Assembly: GCA_030704615.1 (NCBI GenBank)
Contig: CM060734.1
Coordinates: 40,982,001-41,046,000, forward strand
Origin: Takakia lepidozioides
Taxonomy: Eukaryota > Plantae > Bryophyta
Direction: 5' to 3'
DNA: 64,000 nt
The notes beneath the pieces are model-generated. The model was not told where the DNA came from. It made no database searches and saw nothing but the letters and a program-made list of their open reading frames with translations. The number at the start of each line of letters is the position of its first letter. Within the stretch, counting starts at the first letter, position 1. Positions 36,161 to 50,275 of the stretch are shown here, one piece after another. Position numbers and translations under genes: made by a program.

Positions 36161-39100
36161 CCATGCATTTGGTCAGAGCCTTTTGTCACCGAGTCCTTTC
36201 CATAGCCAAAGCCCTAGAGAGAACTTGAGCCTTCTTCCTCGTGGCCATTACTTTGTGCATGAAGGAAGCAGTTGGAGATCGGAAGTCATTCCCTGTCTCC
36301 ATCCAGACCTGCTTCAGAGATTGGAGGTAATCAACATTCTTCAATATCGCAGGGTTGAGCTTAAAGTATCCCCTACCTCTGGAATGGGTGCCTGGTGGAG
36401 TGAAAGAGATCGCAACTTTTGCATGGTCAAAGTCCGGAAGGATTGGACCTTGGGGGAGACATTTGGACCAGGATATGGGATAATGAGAGCAGTGTACTCT
36501 AGCCTGACCATGCTGAGATTAGGAGGGAGACGTAAATTGGACCAAATGTACTTCAGCTTTTCTTCAGAGACCGAGAAAGCATCAACTAACCCTACTGAGA
36601 AGCAGAGCATGTCCCTTGCTATCTGCTCCGAGTCTGAGAGGAACTAAGTAGAGTGAGCCATACGGTCATTAAATTTATCGACCATATTAAAATCTCCATC
36701 CATAACCCAATTGGTGACATGAGGGAGATTGATAACCTTTTCACAGATGAGGTCCCATAATTCTACTCCTTCCGAGGAAGAATTCGGAGCGTAGATATTG
36801 AGGAACGCCATGTGACCAAAGCTGGATTCAGGAACAGTGAATAGGCATTGAACATGGCCCTGCACCCAAATATGAATTTCATGGATGGACGGAGCCAGGG
36901 CAGGTGAAGCAAGAATTGTTGTACCTCCTCGAGACGAAGAGACAGTTGGATTCCACCAGCATTGGTTTGGAGGCCAGAAGGAGCTGCTAGCAAAGTTGAT
37001 TTTGAGGATGTCTAGTTTGGTTTCTTGGGGGAAAATGATGACCGGGGAGGAAGAAAGGGAGGAGGCCCAACGCTTGATCCTTCTGCATTTTGGTACAGAG
37101 GCATTAGGGCCTATACCTCGTACATTCCAGGAGTGAAGTGACCAAGTCATGTAGGAAACAGTGAGCAGCCCATGTTAAGTCCATGATTTGATGGCTGAAG
37201 GGTAGTTCTGCACCAATGTTGCAAATAGAAGGAAAGCCACAAGGAGAAGAAGCACCGATGAGGTGCCTTGGTCCATGTAACAGGTGGAGGCTGAACCAAA
37301 TTAGAGATATAGTTCCGCAAGGCTTTTCCAGGCCAAATCTGACAATTTTGTAGGAAGAGCAACGGAATTGAGGGCCTGCAGGTCCAGCAGGTGGAGAGGG
37401 GAGATTGAAGCTTGATGGCAGCTTCGATGTATTCAGAGAGGAAGAAGCAGCCAGGGGAAGTGTTCAGTTGATAGTGAACATCGTCTTCACTTCGAGGGAA
37501 GACACTAGGAGTCAGCTCCCTACCCTCAGCCAAGGAAACCCCAGTCAGAATGACAGGTCCACGTAAGCAAGAGGAAGAAACATAGCTCACCAGGGAAGGT
37601 ATAGAGATGTCGTTATCCGAAAGAGTGAAGATCTGGTCCTCGGATGGCCCTTCAGACTCGCTTCTTGGGTGTCTTTCATAATAGAGAATTTGCTTCACTA
37701 TGAGCATGCCCACATTGTAAACCGCCTCCATGAAAAATTCCTTATCCCTTGAGAGCGGGGAGCAGCTCAATTGAGAATTTTCCAGATGTGCATCTATGCA
37801 AGAAAGAGCCAAAGTCGATAGGTATTGACTGAGATAAAGGAAGATGAGGGAGGAGGGAGATGAAGATACTCTGGACCTTGGAGAGGATGATATCCATCTC
37901 CTTTCCAGGAGAGAGAGAAAGGTCTTCTGGGAAAAACCAGGAACCCGCAAATGAGTTACTACCGGTTGCTATGAGGGCAGCAACAATTGCTCCTCCAGGA
38001 AAACCATAGACCACAGGCGTGACATGGATAGCCACTAGGAGGGGTCCATCAGGAGAGAAGTCATCTGGTATCCCCAAACATCTGAAAGAATTAAGCCTAC
38101 TGCAAAAAGCCGCCAAGTTATCCGGGGCCCCCTCTGCAAGCTGAAAAAGAACCGCCTCCGCTCTTGATCTATCAATGAGCTGATTGACAGGAGAAATCAG
38201 TACTTTGGGACTGAGGATACGGGAAGAGGGAGTAGATAAACCCTTGCTTTCTTTGGAGGAGGCACGATGCCTCATCCCGAAGCCGCTCTTGAGGAATCAT
38301 CTGTCTGTTCTCCCTGGCAACAACAACAGCTGGATGCTAGACAGCAGGCACATCAAGGGGAAGGGAGTTAGCAATCTTCACATTTTTGTTTTTGGGGCAA
38401 TCTGCTTTTGCGTGTCCCTCCTTATGACACAAGTGACACAGAATGCTTAAAGATTCTCCTCGAAGACCGAAATCGTGATGAATGCATTATCTAGAGTTGG
38501 TAGCTTCAACGATTCCGTGATTTTTGCAGTTTCAGCCATCCACACCACGATCTTGGGAATCCTAGAGTCCCAGGTAGGATCATGGTGTCCATCAGTCAAT
38601 GCTAAGTAGGTCTGCATCCTCAAAATCATCAACATTCATAGTCCAAATGAATGCTCCAAAATGCGCTCCTATTTCAAGCAGGGAGCGGAGATAATTCGCA
38701 GGAAGATAGGGCAGGGCGATTGTTCTGCGTTTGCAGGTACCCCCCATTTTGTGCCCCCACTCCGTTGACCAAGGGAAGATGTGGCCCCTGCATCTAGATC
38801 TTCTGACGTTAAACCTCAAGGCTTTAGCAGCATAGTCATTTCGAGCGAAAGAAGAAACCCCTTCCCAAGGGGTGGCAGAAGTGAGGGTGCCCCTCCATCC
38901 GCTCCAAGATGCTCTATAGTCCCTATTCTGGCCCAGTGCCTCTATCTCACCCTACCCGGGAAGTGCAAAAGAATTCCTTGCTCTCCGAGCTTTTGGGAGT
39001 GCTCTTTTAACACGTTCATATCCAACTTGAGGATTGGTTGGTCCTCAGATGAGTTTGCAGCTACTTCACTCCAGTATTTAGCAAGTCTACCCGGCGGAGA

Positions 39101-39800
39101 AAGGGGAGCCGAGCCCAGCAGGCCTAACCCTCCATACCTACTGCGGTTCCCACTTCTTCGGCGATCACGGTTAGATTGATTAGCACCGCGGGGAGAAAAA
39201 TTCCTTGGGGGCCCCCCAACAGAGGCATTGACAAAAGCCATGGAGAAAGAAGAAGGAAAGGGGCCGGACAGAGGGAGCGAGATCCGATTGTTAAACCAAC
39301 ATAGAGAATTCAGTCGCAAGGCAAGGAGGACTCTTATGAATAACTGTCAAAGGAGAGAGGGAAGGAAGAGAGTGACCACTGTTTCAAAACAGTAGTGAGG
39401 GAAGAGGAAGTAGGGAAGAGAAGAGAGGGCGGCAACTTATCTGTAAGTCGTCTGGCTGCCGGCAGTAAGTAGCCTTCAAGGAATCAAGCTTCTGCACGCC
39501 TGATGGGCTTGCAAAGGTCGACACCATCGCAGAGGGAGGCAACGAGAAGGAGGAGAGCCATTCGACTGACTCTTCCTTAAATGTCACTCTTTTCGAGAGT
39601 TGGAGTGAAGAGAAAAAGACAAGGGTATAGAGGAAGCCCTATCAGCATGAAGCCCTCGTTAAGACGTTAAGAGCTTGAAGACATAATGATCACATCCACA
39701 ATGAGGAGGAATGAAGGAAGATGGAGAGGGAACAGCTGCGTTCATGATCAGCAGCAGAGAATGGACTTGCAAAAACGGCTAAGTCGGGCCCACTCCCTCA
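36161..39800 (-). mobile_element. L1-clade LINE 5' half: ORF1 and APE endonuclease, degraded
   Basis: APE motifs SWNVRG, QETK, NIYAP, GDFN at 36644-37150; ORF1 remnants with IALPYLP..IG and a decayed zinc knuckle near 38400-38700. Confidence 0.88.
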
Positions 39801-40097
39801 CTGCGATTCACGGAGCCACTTTCATCCCATCTCAGATTGTTGATGTCGTCGGTCTACTCTTTTGTATGATATCAAAGCTGTCCATTTTCTAAAACAACAC
39901 CAATGGTGTCAATTGACTTCCGGCTCATTATCATCAACAGGAGAGACTCTAACGCTAAAAGAGCTCTTAGGATGCAAGGATGGAGTTGCTCCATGAAATT
40001 ATTATATATATATATATATAAGAATAGGGGATTGTAGCCCTAAGAAATTTTATTAAAAGGAGGTAAGGAAAATATAACCTTACAATGGCCGAGAGGA

Positions 40098-41802
40098 GCT
40101 ACGCCATGAGCCGCTCACATCAGCAGGCTCACGCTTTGTACACAAAGTGTGAGCAGATTTGATTAAACGTGAGCAGATTTAAATCGTGATCAGAAATGAG
40201 AAACAGAGCTTATAACCGTGGGAGAACATGGGCCATACTACCGTGGATGCAAAGTGAAGTGAAATACTTCTGGAAGAGTGGACAAATGTTGCACTTGGAA
40301 GGCAACAGAATTAAGCTTATTTCAAAGCAAGCATAATTCAGATATGAGATATGGTGGACTCGGAAGTGCCTCAAACAGATAAATGCAAAACTGGGAAGTG
40401 CCTGTACCTGGAATTAATTCAGAGCAAGCCAATGCAAAACTTGGACGTGGTCAGAATTTGGAATGCTTTAAAGCAAGCATAGTTCAGACCGCATAAACGC
40501 AAAACTTGCAAGTGGCCAAAACATTGTAATCTACAAAGCAAGCATAATTCTCATAAGACATATGATGGACTTGGAAGGAACGTTTCCTCAAAACCCAAAC
40601 TTATAACTAAGATCTTTAGACAGGAAACAGAGCACATGTAATGAAGTATATATTATCCCACTGCCTTGAAAACAGTACATGAACGGCTTCATAGACTGGG
40701 TGAGCTATCCCGCTCCAAAAGTCTAACCACCTCACTGTAACCACAACCTTAACCGCAAGCTTAATTCCCAGCATGTTTCTCTACACGACCAAGCCAGTTT
40801 GCTAGGGTTCAATTTTTTTGTTTTTTTGTTTTTTTGTTTAATTCCCATGTAAACAGGGACTAGGATCAAGCTTGCGTCAACATAAGCTTTATTTATTTAT
40901 TGTTTTAACTCAGTTTTTTTTTAAATATTTTTTTCTGAATTCCCATGTGCCAACAGGGGCTGAGATTAAGCTTGCGTCAACGCAAGCTTAACTCAATTTG
41001 TTTTGTTTTTTTTTGGGAATTCCCATGTGCCAACCGGGGCTAGATCAAACTTCAGCGCAAGCTTAATTCAGTTTTGTTTTTTGTTTTTGTTTTGTTTTTA
41101 AAATTTCCATGTGCCAATAGGGGCTGGGATCAAGCTTGCGTCAACGCAAGCTTACCTCAGTTTTTTTTTTTAATTTAAATTTAAATTTTTAATTTGAATT
41201 CCCATGTGCCAACAAGGGCTCAGAATAAGCTTGCGTGAACACAAGCTTAATTCCCTACATGTATCCCTGCACGAACAAGGAAGATTCATAACTGGGGCTT
41301 AGTTTTCTTTTCTCGAATTTCCGTATGCCAATCATAAGCTTAACCACCTCACTGTAACCACCTCACATCGCAGCTTAAAGAGATGAGGAGAAGATCACAT
41401 CGCGAAGTTAGGGATCTGTTGCGACATAAATGAAAAATATCTTTCATTCATTTATGGATGGAAAGGTAGGCGATCAGGATGGACTTCATCTGGCATTTCG
41501 CATTTTCGTGCAAATCCAAGATGTTCATCAGTGATCATGCAGAGAAGACGTCATCTTTCATTCATCCATGCTTCAATAATCATGCAAGCTTTCAACATAT
41601 ATTCATCCAACATTCAAACTATTTGAGTTCCAAAACATTAGGGGCTACTGCCCATATTTCCACAACTTCAGTTCGCAGTAATAGGCCTTCGTAGGCATTG
41701 CCATCCGCGGTTATAGGCCCCATGCAGTCGACGTCATCCTGAACCGTGAGCAGGATTCTGCTCACGGAAATTTCCGCTCACGTGAGCGGCTCACGGACTA
41801 GC
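40098..41802. mobile_element. Non-autonomous TIR element with internal repeat arrays, superfamily unclear
   Basis: Left gctacgccatgagccgctcac vs right (reverse complement) gctagtccgtgagccgctcac; GTGAGC subterminal repeats; no TSD found. Confidence 0.65.
40750..41345. repeat. ~5 units of 80-100 bp, each with the palindrome AAGCTTGCGT-CA-ACGCAAGCTT and a T-rich spacer
   Basis: AATTCCCATGT..GGGCT..AAGCTTGCGTCAAC units near 40840, 40938, 41018, 41102 and 41198. Confidence 0.85.
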
Positions 41803-43819
41803 ATTCCCCACAATGGCCATGAAGGCAGAGGACTAAGATACCACTCCAACCCAAAAACCAATCTAAAGAGAAGAGGAAGGATAAGAGGCTGTAGGAAGGA
41901 AACAGCCAGAGAGCCGATGAAGCTTTTCAGTTTCTAAGTTTTTTTTTTTTTTTTGGTTTTGTTTTTTGGGCATATTAATTAAAAAATAATTGCACAAATT
42001 TTCCTGCCTGTGCTACAATTCTCCAACATGCGTGGGTTTAACAGAGTCTGCGCCTGAAATTTGACTAACTGGTGGATGGTATGGCTACATCCGGTTGCGT
42101 ACCTCTATCCTCCTTTGCTTGACTCTGATAGTTCATTTACAAAACTGCAATCGGACACCAACAATACAAGTCTCCATCTCTCAATGGTAATTAGTCTAGC
42201 TCCTTGGTGAAGATCCCTGGTATGGCGGACCGAAGCCTGGCCAACAGACAACATTCCCATCATTCCCCTCTCTACAGGAGACAAGCTGGTTCTGTACCCC
42301 AAGTTAGGACACTAAGATTCCTTTTGAAAATGACATGTGATTATCAACATTTTAAATAGCTCAGGAATGTTCATCATGCATTCTTACCAAAAACAATAAG
42401 CAGCACCTTATATGGATCATCTAAAAATCACAAACCTCACAAACTGAAAGTCATACAACCAAAATTCAGATTAATAAACACTAGGTGTGAAAGGTTCACA
42501 TGGTGAATTGTCACATCTCTATTCTAAGTTCTTCCCGACAAACAATAGAAAACTCACTCAAAATTCTAACTTATCAAAGCAGCATGATATCTGAGGAGCT
42601 ACCATGCTTATGGTCTTTGACAACATCCTGATTCTTTGCCTGTAGCCAAAACTTAAACCAATTTGTCTCAAAATTTTAGGAGGAGGTTTATGCAAAGTAG
42701 AATGATACAATCTGGTTAAAATTAAATAGGCTAGGGTTAGAGACTACTCTTTCGAAGAACTGCCTATCAACTTTCTTTCACAGTTTGCATAAAGAGAGAC
42801 CATACCAAAAAATACTACTAATTAGACTCCATGTTCTGAAGAGAGCTTTACCTCCATTTCTTCATTTCTACAACATCCTATGTTTCTCTATTCTCTTCCC
42901 CGCCCCTGCACTCACCCCACGCCCCATTCATGACGGATGACAATTCAATGGATGTATCTATGTTTGGATGGTTTTTGTGGGATTTTATTGTCCCCACAAA
43001 GGTCGGGTGGCCACCAAAGTCAGTTGTGCACACAGAGAGATATAAGATTGCAAGGAACAAATTTGCAAAGAGATGGATCAAATGAACAAAATGTGTGTAA
43101 TTTTGACATAACAAATTTGTAGGCGTAGTAGGTCTTTGATGCAGAGCAATGGAGATTTAAAGCATTGAAGTCTAGCTATGCACCTTTGTGCACTGCGCAA
43201 TGAGGCAATCTCTCTCTAAACAAAAATGGTGGGTACTTTACCTTCAAGCATACATCTGTTTGTGGGAAATTGAAGAGACTCATGCACAAGAGCACCAAGG
43301 ACCAGTGAAATAATGCTTGAAATTGAAAGAGCCTAGACACTAAAGTGTCTGGAGACTAAAATGAATTTCCAATCACATAGAAATTTCAACTAAAACTTAA
43401 GTTTTCCTGTCACAGTTAGTCGTGTGGTTAGGTCCTATGGCAGCCTACGGGCCTATAAGGGTTTTAATTTGGTCCCCTTCAATAATTCAAACAAAGCTTT
43501 AACGGCTTCCTCCCCTTTTTCATATATATATGTATATATATATACAAAACTACTCAAAGTAAGTTCTAAATTTGTAATAGAATTGTGTGACTTGAAAGTA
43601 CAAATATGATTAAATTATCTTGTACCTAGTTGCTAAGGTCTCTACAATTGATTCATAAATTCACATTATCGAACATTGATTATCCCAAATAAAATTTTGC
43701 AGAGGCAACACGAGTCCCCTTTCATTTAAAAAAAAAAAAAAAAAAAAAAACTTTGCACCTAGTATCGGATGCAAACATCCGTTATAGGTACAAGAGCAAC
43801 AGCTGGCTACAGCTCACGT

Positions 43820-44241
43820 GCCGGATTTTGCCAAGGGGCCCACCACAAGAGCAGCTGTAATATTTCACTTATGAGGTTTTGCCAAAAGGTCCACCAGAAC
43901 ACTATGTCGAAGCGGAACGTGTTAGAAAGTTAGAACCCATTTTGCCGGCGTCAGGAAAAACCGTCCGTTCAGGTTCTTACCCTACTGCCGGGACCTGGTT
44001 TCTTCAGGGTTTGGACCAGGTGTCGGATTTTGCCAAGGGGCCCACCACAAGAGCAGCTGTAATATTTCACGTATGAGGTTTTGCCAAAAGGTCCACCAGA
44101 ACACTATGTCGAAGCGGAACGTGTTAGAAAGTTAGAACCCTACTGCCGGGACCTGGTTTCTTCAGGGGTTGGACCAGTTTTTGTTAACCAGAACATGAAC
44201 CCCCAGTTAACCGGGCCCAGCCAGGTAACCGCCCAACACTA
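43820..44241. mobile_element. hAT-MITE remnant related to 15489-16312, with an internal ~200-bp tandem duplication
   Basis: End CCGCCCAACACTA matches the CAGTGTTGGGCGG TIR; 43820-44019 is repeated at 44023-44177 with a deletion. Confidence 0.65.
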
Positions 44242-45438
44242 GAGCAGTCCATAGCTCCACAACATTGTAGAGTACCATGCACAAAGCCAATTTTCTGCAT
44301 AGAACAAAATAAGGGGCCCAGGTTTGAAGGGGGGTGTGAGGATTAGAGAGTGGTCTAGGAATTAAAAAGCGGGTGATATAGTAAGCTACACCACGACTTG
44401 AATTAGTAACCGGCATGTAAGGGGGGGTAAGAAAAAACAAGGCACGAAGCCGACAACTATTAAATGGGGGGAGGGTTTAGGCTGCAAATTGGGTAAGAAG
44501 GTGTGGCATGCCGGTTTCTAGGGCTCACACCTTCCAAAAGGGTCCCACCACGTGAGGATTCGAGGGACTTCTAGAAGGTCCCTGATAGGGTATATAAAGG
44601 AGAGCCCCTGCCTAAGTACTTATTAAGTTACCACTTACTAGTTAATAAGTGGTGGGCTCTACAGGCGCAGCGCAGGGCCCCCAAAAAAAAACAGAGACAC
44701 GAACCATAAGTATATTAATTAATAGGGACAGCACAGTAAACTGAATAAGCCCCCCAAGATGCCTCTTGGTCAGGTGAGTGCAAGTGGTGGTGGGCTGTTT
44801 TAATAGTGGGTTTACTGAATCTGTGCACAATTTTGGTAGCGGTAGAATCAGCCATACCAAACGTTTTATGTATATTGAGAAAAGAATCCTCAGATAACCT
44901 TCATAGAGATAATGTTATTTGTAGTTTGACAATTGACAGTTTTCGTTCTGCCTTTGATATTTTGCAAACCAACAGGCGGATTTCAGCTCATGAGATCATT
45001 GCCAAGAATATTACACAAATAGCAAATGTGGATAGTGTCATCCTGAACATTTTTTGAAATCTCTCTTCATCTTCCCTTATCACACCCTCTTATACAAACT
45101 CATCCCACCAATGAATAGAGTGGGGTTTGATAACCAAAGAATGATTCAAAAATCTAAAGAGGCTTGTAAAGGGTCCCAAATCCTGGTAGGGGCTATTCCC
45201 GAAGGTTGAAAAAAAGGGAGAGGATTGGAGCAGCCAATGGGGAAGGAGGGGACCTTCCTTGGAATGGGTGAAATGAGAGGCCATGTATACAGGCTAGCAT
45301 AGAAAGTACGAGGGTGGGCCCTCCTCCTAATTCTAGAGCTTTCCATAAGGAAGAGGAGGCGGTGGGATCTTAGGCTTCCCACCGCCTTGAGACAGTAAAT
45401 AAATGAGGTGATACGGGCTACAATTTACAGAGTTTTTT

Positions 45439-46422
45439 CCAGTGTTATGCGAGTCCGTGTTTTGACCCTAGGTTCCCCTCCTCCCGGGTTAGGGTCCAGG
45501 TTATCCGGACCCGTACCCGGCCTAGTCATCACCAGAAACCCGGAGTTTGACCTTGGACCCCAAACCGACCCGCCTAGCTAGGTCCATAACCCCCGCTACC
45601 CGCCCAGTGTAGCGGGTCAGGTCCTGTTTTATTTTTAATAAATATATGTATATATATGCATATGTAAAACTCTTGGAAAAATTAAAATGCAATACGTACC
45701 TTGTACTTGCGCGGACACCTTGAGAGGAGCCTCTCGTCCCTCATTAGATGAGCTCTAGCACCTACTACACCCTCCTCCTTCTTTGCATTTGGTTTTCTGT
45801 TTGTTTACTAAGGGTGAGGCATCCGGGTCCACCTAAGATGTGGTTTTGTTTTGCAATTTGTGTGGAGGGAACAAGGCCCAACTCGGTAGGCCATCTAGAG
45901 AACCAAGTTGTAGCCAAGTGGTTATGGGCACATACCACGTTCAAGTGGTTTTGTGTTCAATCCACGGAGGTGTCACAAAGTTGTCCACCTTCTTAAGGCC
46001 GTAGCCGTTTGGACACCACAATTTACGTTTCCATAATATATTTGCCCGATTCCCGTACATTCATGCTTATAGTGATCTATGAGCCTTGAGGCATATTACT
46101 TGAAGAATCGAACTCAAATTCTATTCTTGTGTCATCATGCGTGTAGTTTATAAATGTGCCAGAATATGTCTTAAAATAAAATTCACCATTAAGATTTAGT
46201 TTTTTTTCTAACCGCAAATAATTTTCTCTGATTAATCTTATTTCTCTTCGGAACCCGTGAACCTGCTAATATTTTCCAGCAACTACCTCGACCCGGACCT
46301 ACCCGGACCTGAGTCCAAAAACCCGGATCCGAACCCGGATTCCAATTTTCAAAATCCGGAACCCCGATCTGGTTCCAAAAGAAAACCCAGGCCTGGACCT
46401 GGCGGGTTCCTTAAAAATACTA
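45439..46422. mobile_element. Decayed hAT-like non-autonomous element
   Basis: CAGTGTT start and AATACTA end; ACCCGGA subterminal repeats; internal blocks shared with 47240-48099. Confidence 0.5.
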
Positions 46423-47239
46423 GCGTCACAGACCTGGGGCCTGCAGAACGGGGGGTGACATACTCGGTGGAGATGGCCCCGAAGGCCTGACCCGGTGATA
46501 TGTCGGCGCCGCTATAGCTGGCCTGGCGGCGGCTTTTCTGCAGTGCCACAAGGAAACCAGAAGTGTGGCGGAGTGACCCTCTGCAGGTTCAGAACCTTAA
46601 AACGTAAACCCTAAACCTTCAATGGGTGCCGGGGCCTACATACCACATGACATGGAAAAAGTTATCAAATTCTCAAAGTTTGACATTCAAACATGGAAAT
46701 GTGCAGGATTTCCTAGAGGCCCAAAACGGGCCAATGTGCATTTAAGGGTTAAGCAGTTTGACTCCTCTTGGACATGGCCAGGGACCATATGTTGAGCTTC
46801 TTGGGCGAAGGCATGATCTAGGCCATTTTCAGTCCAGAATGCTGACGACTCCCATAGCTTCTCCTCTGGAATCCAACAAAGAGATCAATGGGCGCCATCG
46901 GAACAATCGAAATACCAAAGTCAAGGCATACCTAAAGTTTGACCGCTTGTTGATAACATCCTTGAAACTGTTCATTCTTATACTTTTGTTCTTTGCTTAC
47001 GCTCTGTGGACTCTTTGCTTCATTGTCTGTTTCTTGAATTGGTCCTACTGTGACCTTTGGGCCGTTGTTTTGTCGCAATGTGAGCCTTCCATTTGAAAAA
47101 TAATACCTAATACCCTCCCCCTCCCCCTATCCTTTCTCAAAATTCGTTCTCAAAATTACCCTAAAAATCAAATGTGAACTCAACACTCCTGTGGACCCAA
47201 ACATTAGTCAACCAGGTTGCCAACTCATGTTGCCAGCTG

Positions 47240-48099
47240 TTGTCTTGTGCGGGTCCAGGTCATGACCAAATATCCAGACCCATCCCTGCTTAAAATGAAC
47301 CCTGGACCTCCTAGTGGATCCAGAACCGGCTAAACCCGCTAGTGACCCACCGGATAAGAGCATCCCCACCCTTGAGCCCGAAAAACTCCCTGTAACACAA
47401 AAGATAGTGTCATCGATTCAGTGCCTGCTGGGTTCTGTGGCGTGGCAGCCCGACTCGCACACCCCCTTGTCCCGGAATCACCCACGCCATCCCACCTCCT
47501 ATTGGCCGGAAGGGGCGAGATCTCCTCCAAGATGCTGACAGGCACGCTGTTGGTCACGTTGACTTGGATTCAGGGATGTTTTCTGTGCCCAGAATACAGC
47601 GCTCGGGTTCAGTGCACGGAACGATATTCAGTGCGAGCTTTTCACAGGATATAGGGTTCAGTGCATGGGTGCGGGACGTTTCCCGCTCACCATATCCTCA
47701 TGTTCCGTTGGCGTGCTGGGTTCAGTGTAGGGTGGGGATGCTCTAAGTTTAATAGATAGATATAGCCTGGTAGGTATACATAAAATAAAATGTGGCACTT
47801 ACCTTACACTTGCGTGGACGGCTTTGAGAGCAGCCTCTTTCTCTCACCGCAGCTCCTCGCAAGTAACTTAATGCTCATCCTCCTCTCTTAAAATGTGGCG
47901 TGCAATTTTTTTCTATAGTGATCTGAGGAGCATATTACTTTTTGAATTGAAATTGATGGGTGAATCTCAAATTCTATTCTAATTCTTTGTGTCATCATTT
48001 ATGTAATTTATGAAGGAGCCATAGTTTGTATGTAATCAAGTAATTAGGACCCAGACCCCTGAACCACTTAATATTTTCAGCAACCCGGACCCACACTAG
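47240..48099. mobile_element. Second, diverged copy of the decayed hAT-like element
   Basis: 47800-47840 resembles 45697-45735; 47916-48010 resembles 46068-46150; 48060-48090 resembles 46258-46300. Confidence 0.5.
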
Positions 48100-50166
48100 T
48101 AGAAGTTGGAGAAGTTGCAGAGCTAGAGGACTCCGACCTCCGTGCCTCCGAGTTGTGACCACGCCATTTTCGAGAGCAGAACAGATTCAGGACTTCAGAA
48201 CTTTGTACAGTATATGTAGAAACAAATCATTATGCATTCCCAAATCAAGTGAACAGTGCTAGAATGTAGATGGTTGCAAGCAAGGCAAGGCTGATTATCT
48301 AAGTGCACACTGTCAAAAGTCTGCAGCGTGCACAAGAAAAAAAGCTCGAATCAGACGATTCATCCTAGTTTTGCACCGTTCCCATGCATTTGCAACAGTG
48401 AGGAGCCACCTGCTGCACACACCTCATCCTAAAGACAACTCTGATCTCAAATCAGCCGCATGGCTGTAGTTTCCGCCACAAGCTGAACAACCCAAGGTTA
48501 ACATCCGTCTCCTGGAAGGTTTTTATTGTTGGGGCATGCGCCAGGATAATCTTGTGTAGTAGCTGTGATCAGTTTCCTCTCAATCTCAGCCAATTCCCTG
48601 GAGTGTTTAGCTCTGTGTACTGCTTGATGCGTAGTCCCCATCAGCGTTACCTGGTATTGACGTCCTCTCTGCACGAGTCCCGAAATGGTGTTAGTGACTG
48701 GCTTTGTGTCACTGCCACACCTGACAATCCTCGATGTTGGAATCCAACATACAATTGCACCCTGAATCTGCCTTTCGATAGCTGAACACGTTTTTGAAAT
48801 TTTGACTTCAGCCTATCTATAGTGAATCTATACTATTTTGAGTGCATGTCTGCTCTCGATCGAGAGACTACCTTTCGTACTGTACTTTACGACGGACTCC
48901 CGGTAGGTGAGCTCTAAGCTGATCAAATCAACTACCAGGCCAAAGCTGCATGCTTCTGGACATACTATTTACTGAACCGCCATTTGCAGCACTGGCGTGG
49001 TTATGCAGTCAGGCCGGAGGTGCTAGTGGTGTATCCAAGCCAAGCTGGTTTGAAAAGAGCGTTAAAGCTGAATATCCAGCTCTATATACATCTGCTTCGC
49101 TAGGCGCGACGGCACTACTCTGGAAGAATGCACATTTTACGTTCCTTTACCACTTCATTTTACTTAGAAATGTGCATAGCATTCATCGTAAGCGTTTTAT
49201 CACCAGGAACGTCCATTCAAACAACACTAGCAAGCTAGGATCATCAGCCTCACGTCACACTCTCTCTCCCACAAATATTACATACAATGAACCCAGTAAG
49301 GAAAGTCGCTCGGACCACATACCAGAAGTGTGGATCCCAAACGTTCAGAAGACTTTCCTGCAGAAACGCGGGAACAAAGAGGCAGGTGATCATCACGGAG
49401 AAAATTGAGCTCCAGACTAGCTCCAGACAGGTTACGACCAACAGTTGACTGATTTAAGACCGCTACAGCCAAGTTATCAACCCATCCACAGGCTCGTTTG
49501 TTACAGTGAATTCGCGTGTAGTATCTTGTTCTAAACCTTGTTCCTTTTGGATGACATGTAGGCCAGGGACGTGTAGGCCAATCTGTCTAGCTCGAATTTA
49601 TGATTTGAGATATGTGCACATATAGGTGTCCACAGCACTTCTAACATGTAGACTCGAAAGTTCAAGAATGAATACTGAGCTGCACACATGTACATAACTG
49701 TTTCGACACCCTGCATCTGCCTTTTTCTTTACTTTACGTGCACACCACAAAAGGTTACATACGGTCGTACTGTGTCCTTCTTTCATTCCTGATCTCACCA
49801 GCGTTTGAACAGCGCTGCTACAGAACTTGTTCTCCACCACGATGATCATTTCCGCCGTTTGAGGAAGGGTTGGTGAGGTGTTTAGAAGGAAGGTGATCAG
49901 TGATGTTCTCCTCTACTTGTCTTATATGTGCCAGGTAATTACAAACCATACATCGTAGAACACCGAACGAAGGAAACATCAAAGATGATCTATAGGAAGA
50001 AAAACATGAAAGAAATATGACTGTGCAGAGAAAATGAAACCTCACAGCTACGCAACGATCTGGAGCCGCTAAACCGAAGATCTGATCGGACATAACTCCA
50101 GATTTGACAGTCTGGTCGTGACTTGGTCGAGAGAAAGGAAAACAATACATGATCACATCATATTAC

Positions 50167-50275
50167 CTTTAGCAACAGCTGCAGCTGACAGGCCGGACAC
50201 GAACAAGATGAGAGTAAGAGCCATGAGGAGCTGGGTCCTGGAGCGGCCATAGCCGGATGCTCGCAGTGTGGCCAT
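50167..50275 (-). CDS. First exon of a putative small secreted or membrane protein; downstream exons unresolved
   Basis: MATLRASGYGRSRTQLLMALTLILFVSGLSAAAVAK followed by donor G|GTAAT; GC-rich upstream region 50390-50520. Confidence 0.4.

Noticed and set aside
40750-41345. CRISPR-like repeat-spacer appearance (also 3200-3730 and 4905-5950)
   Set aside because: Eukaryotic context, low-complexity T/A spacers, degenerate repeats, no cas genes; the arrays sit in TE-like sequence
44636-44685. Helitron 3' end on the minus strand (also ~19180-19215 and ~20620-20650)
   Set aside because: Weak hairpins and no matching 5' termini identified
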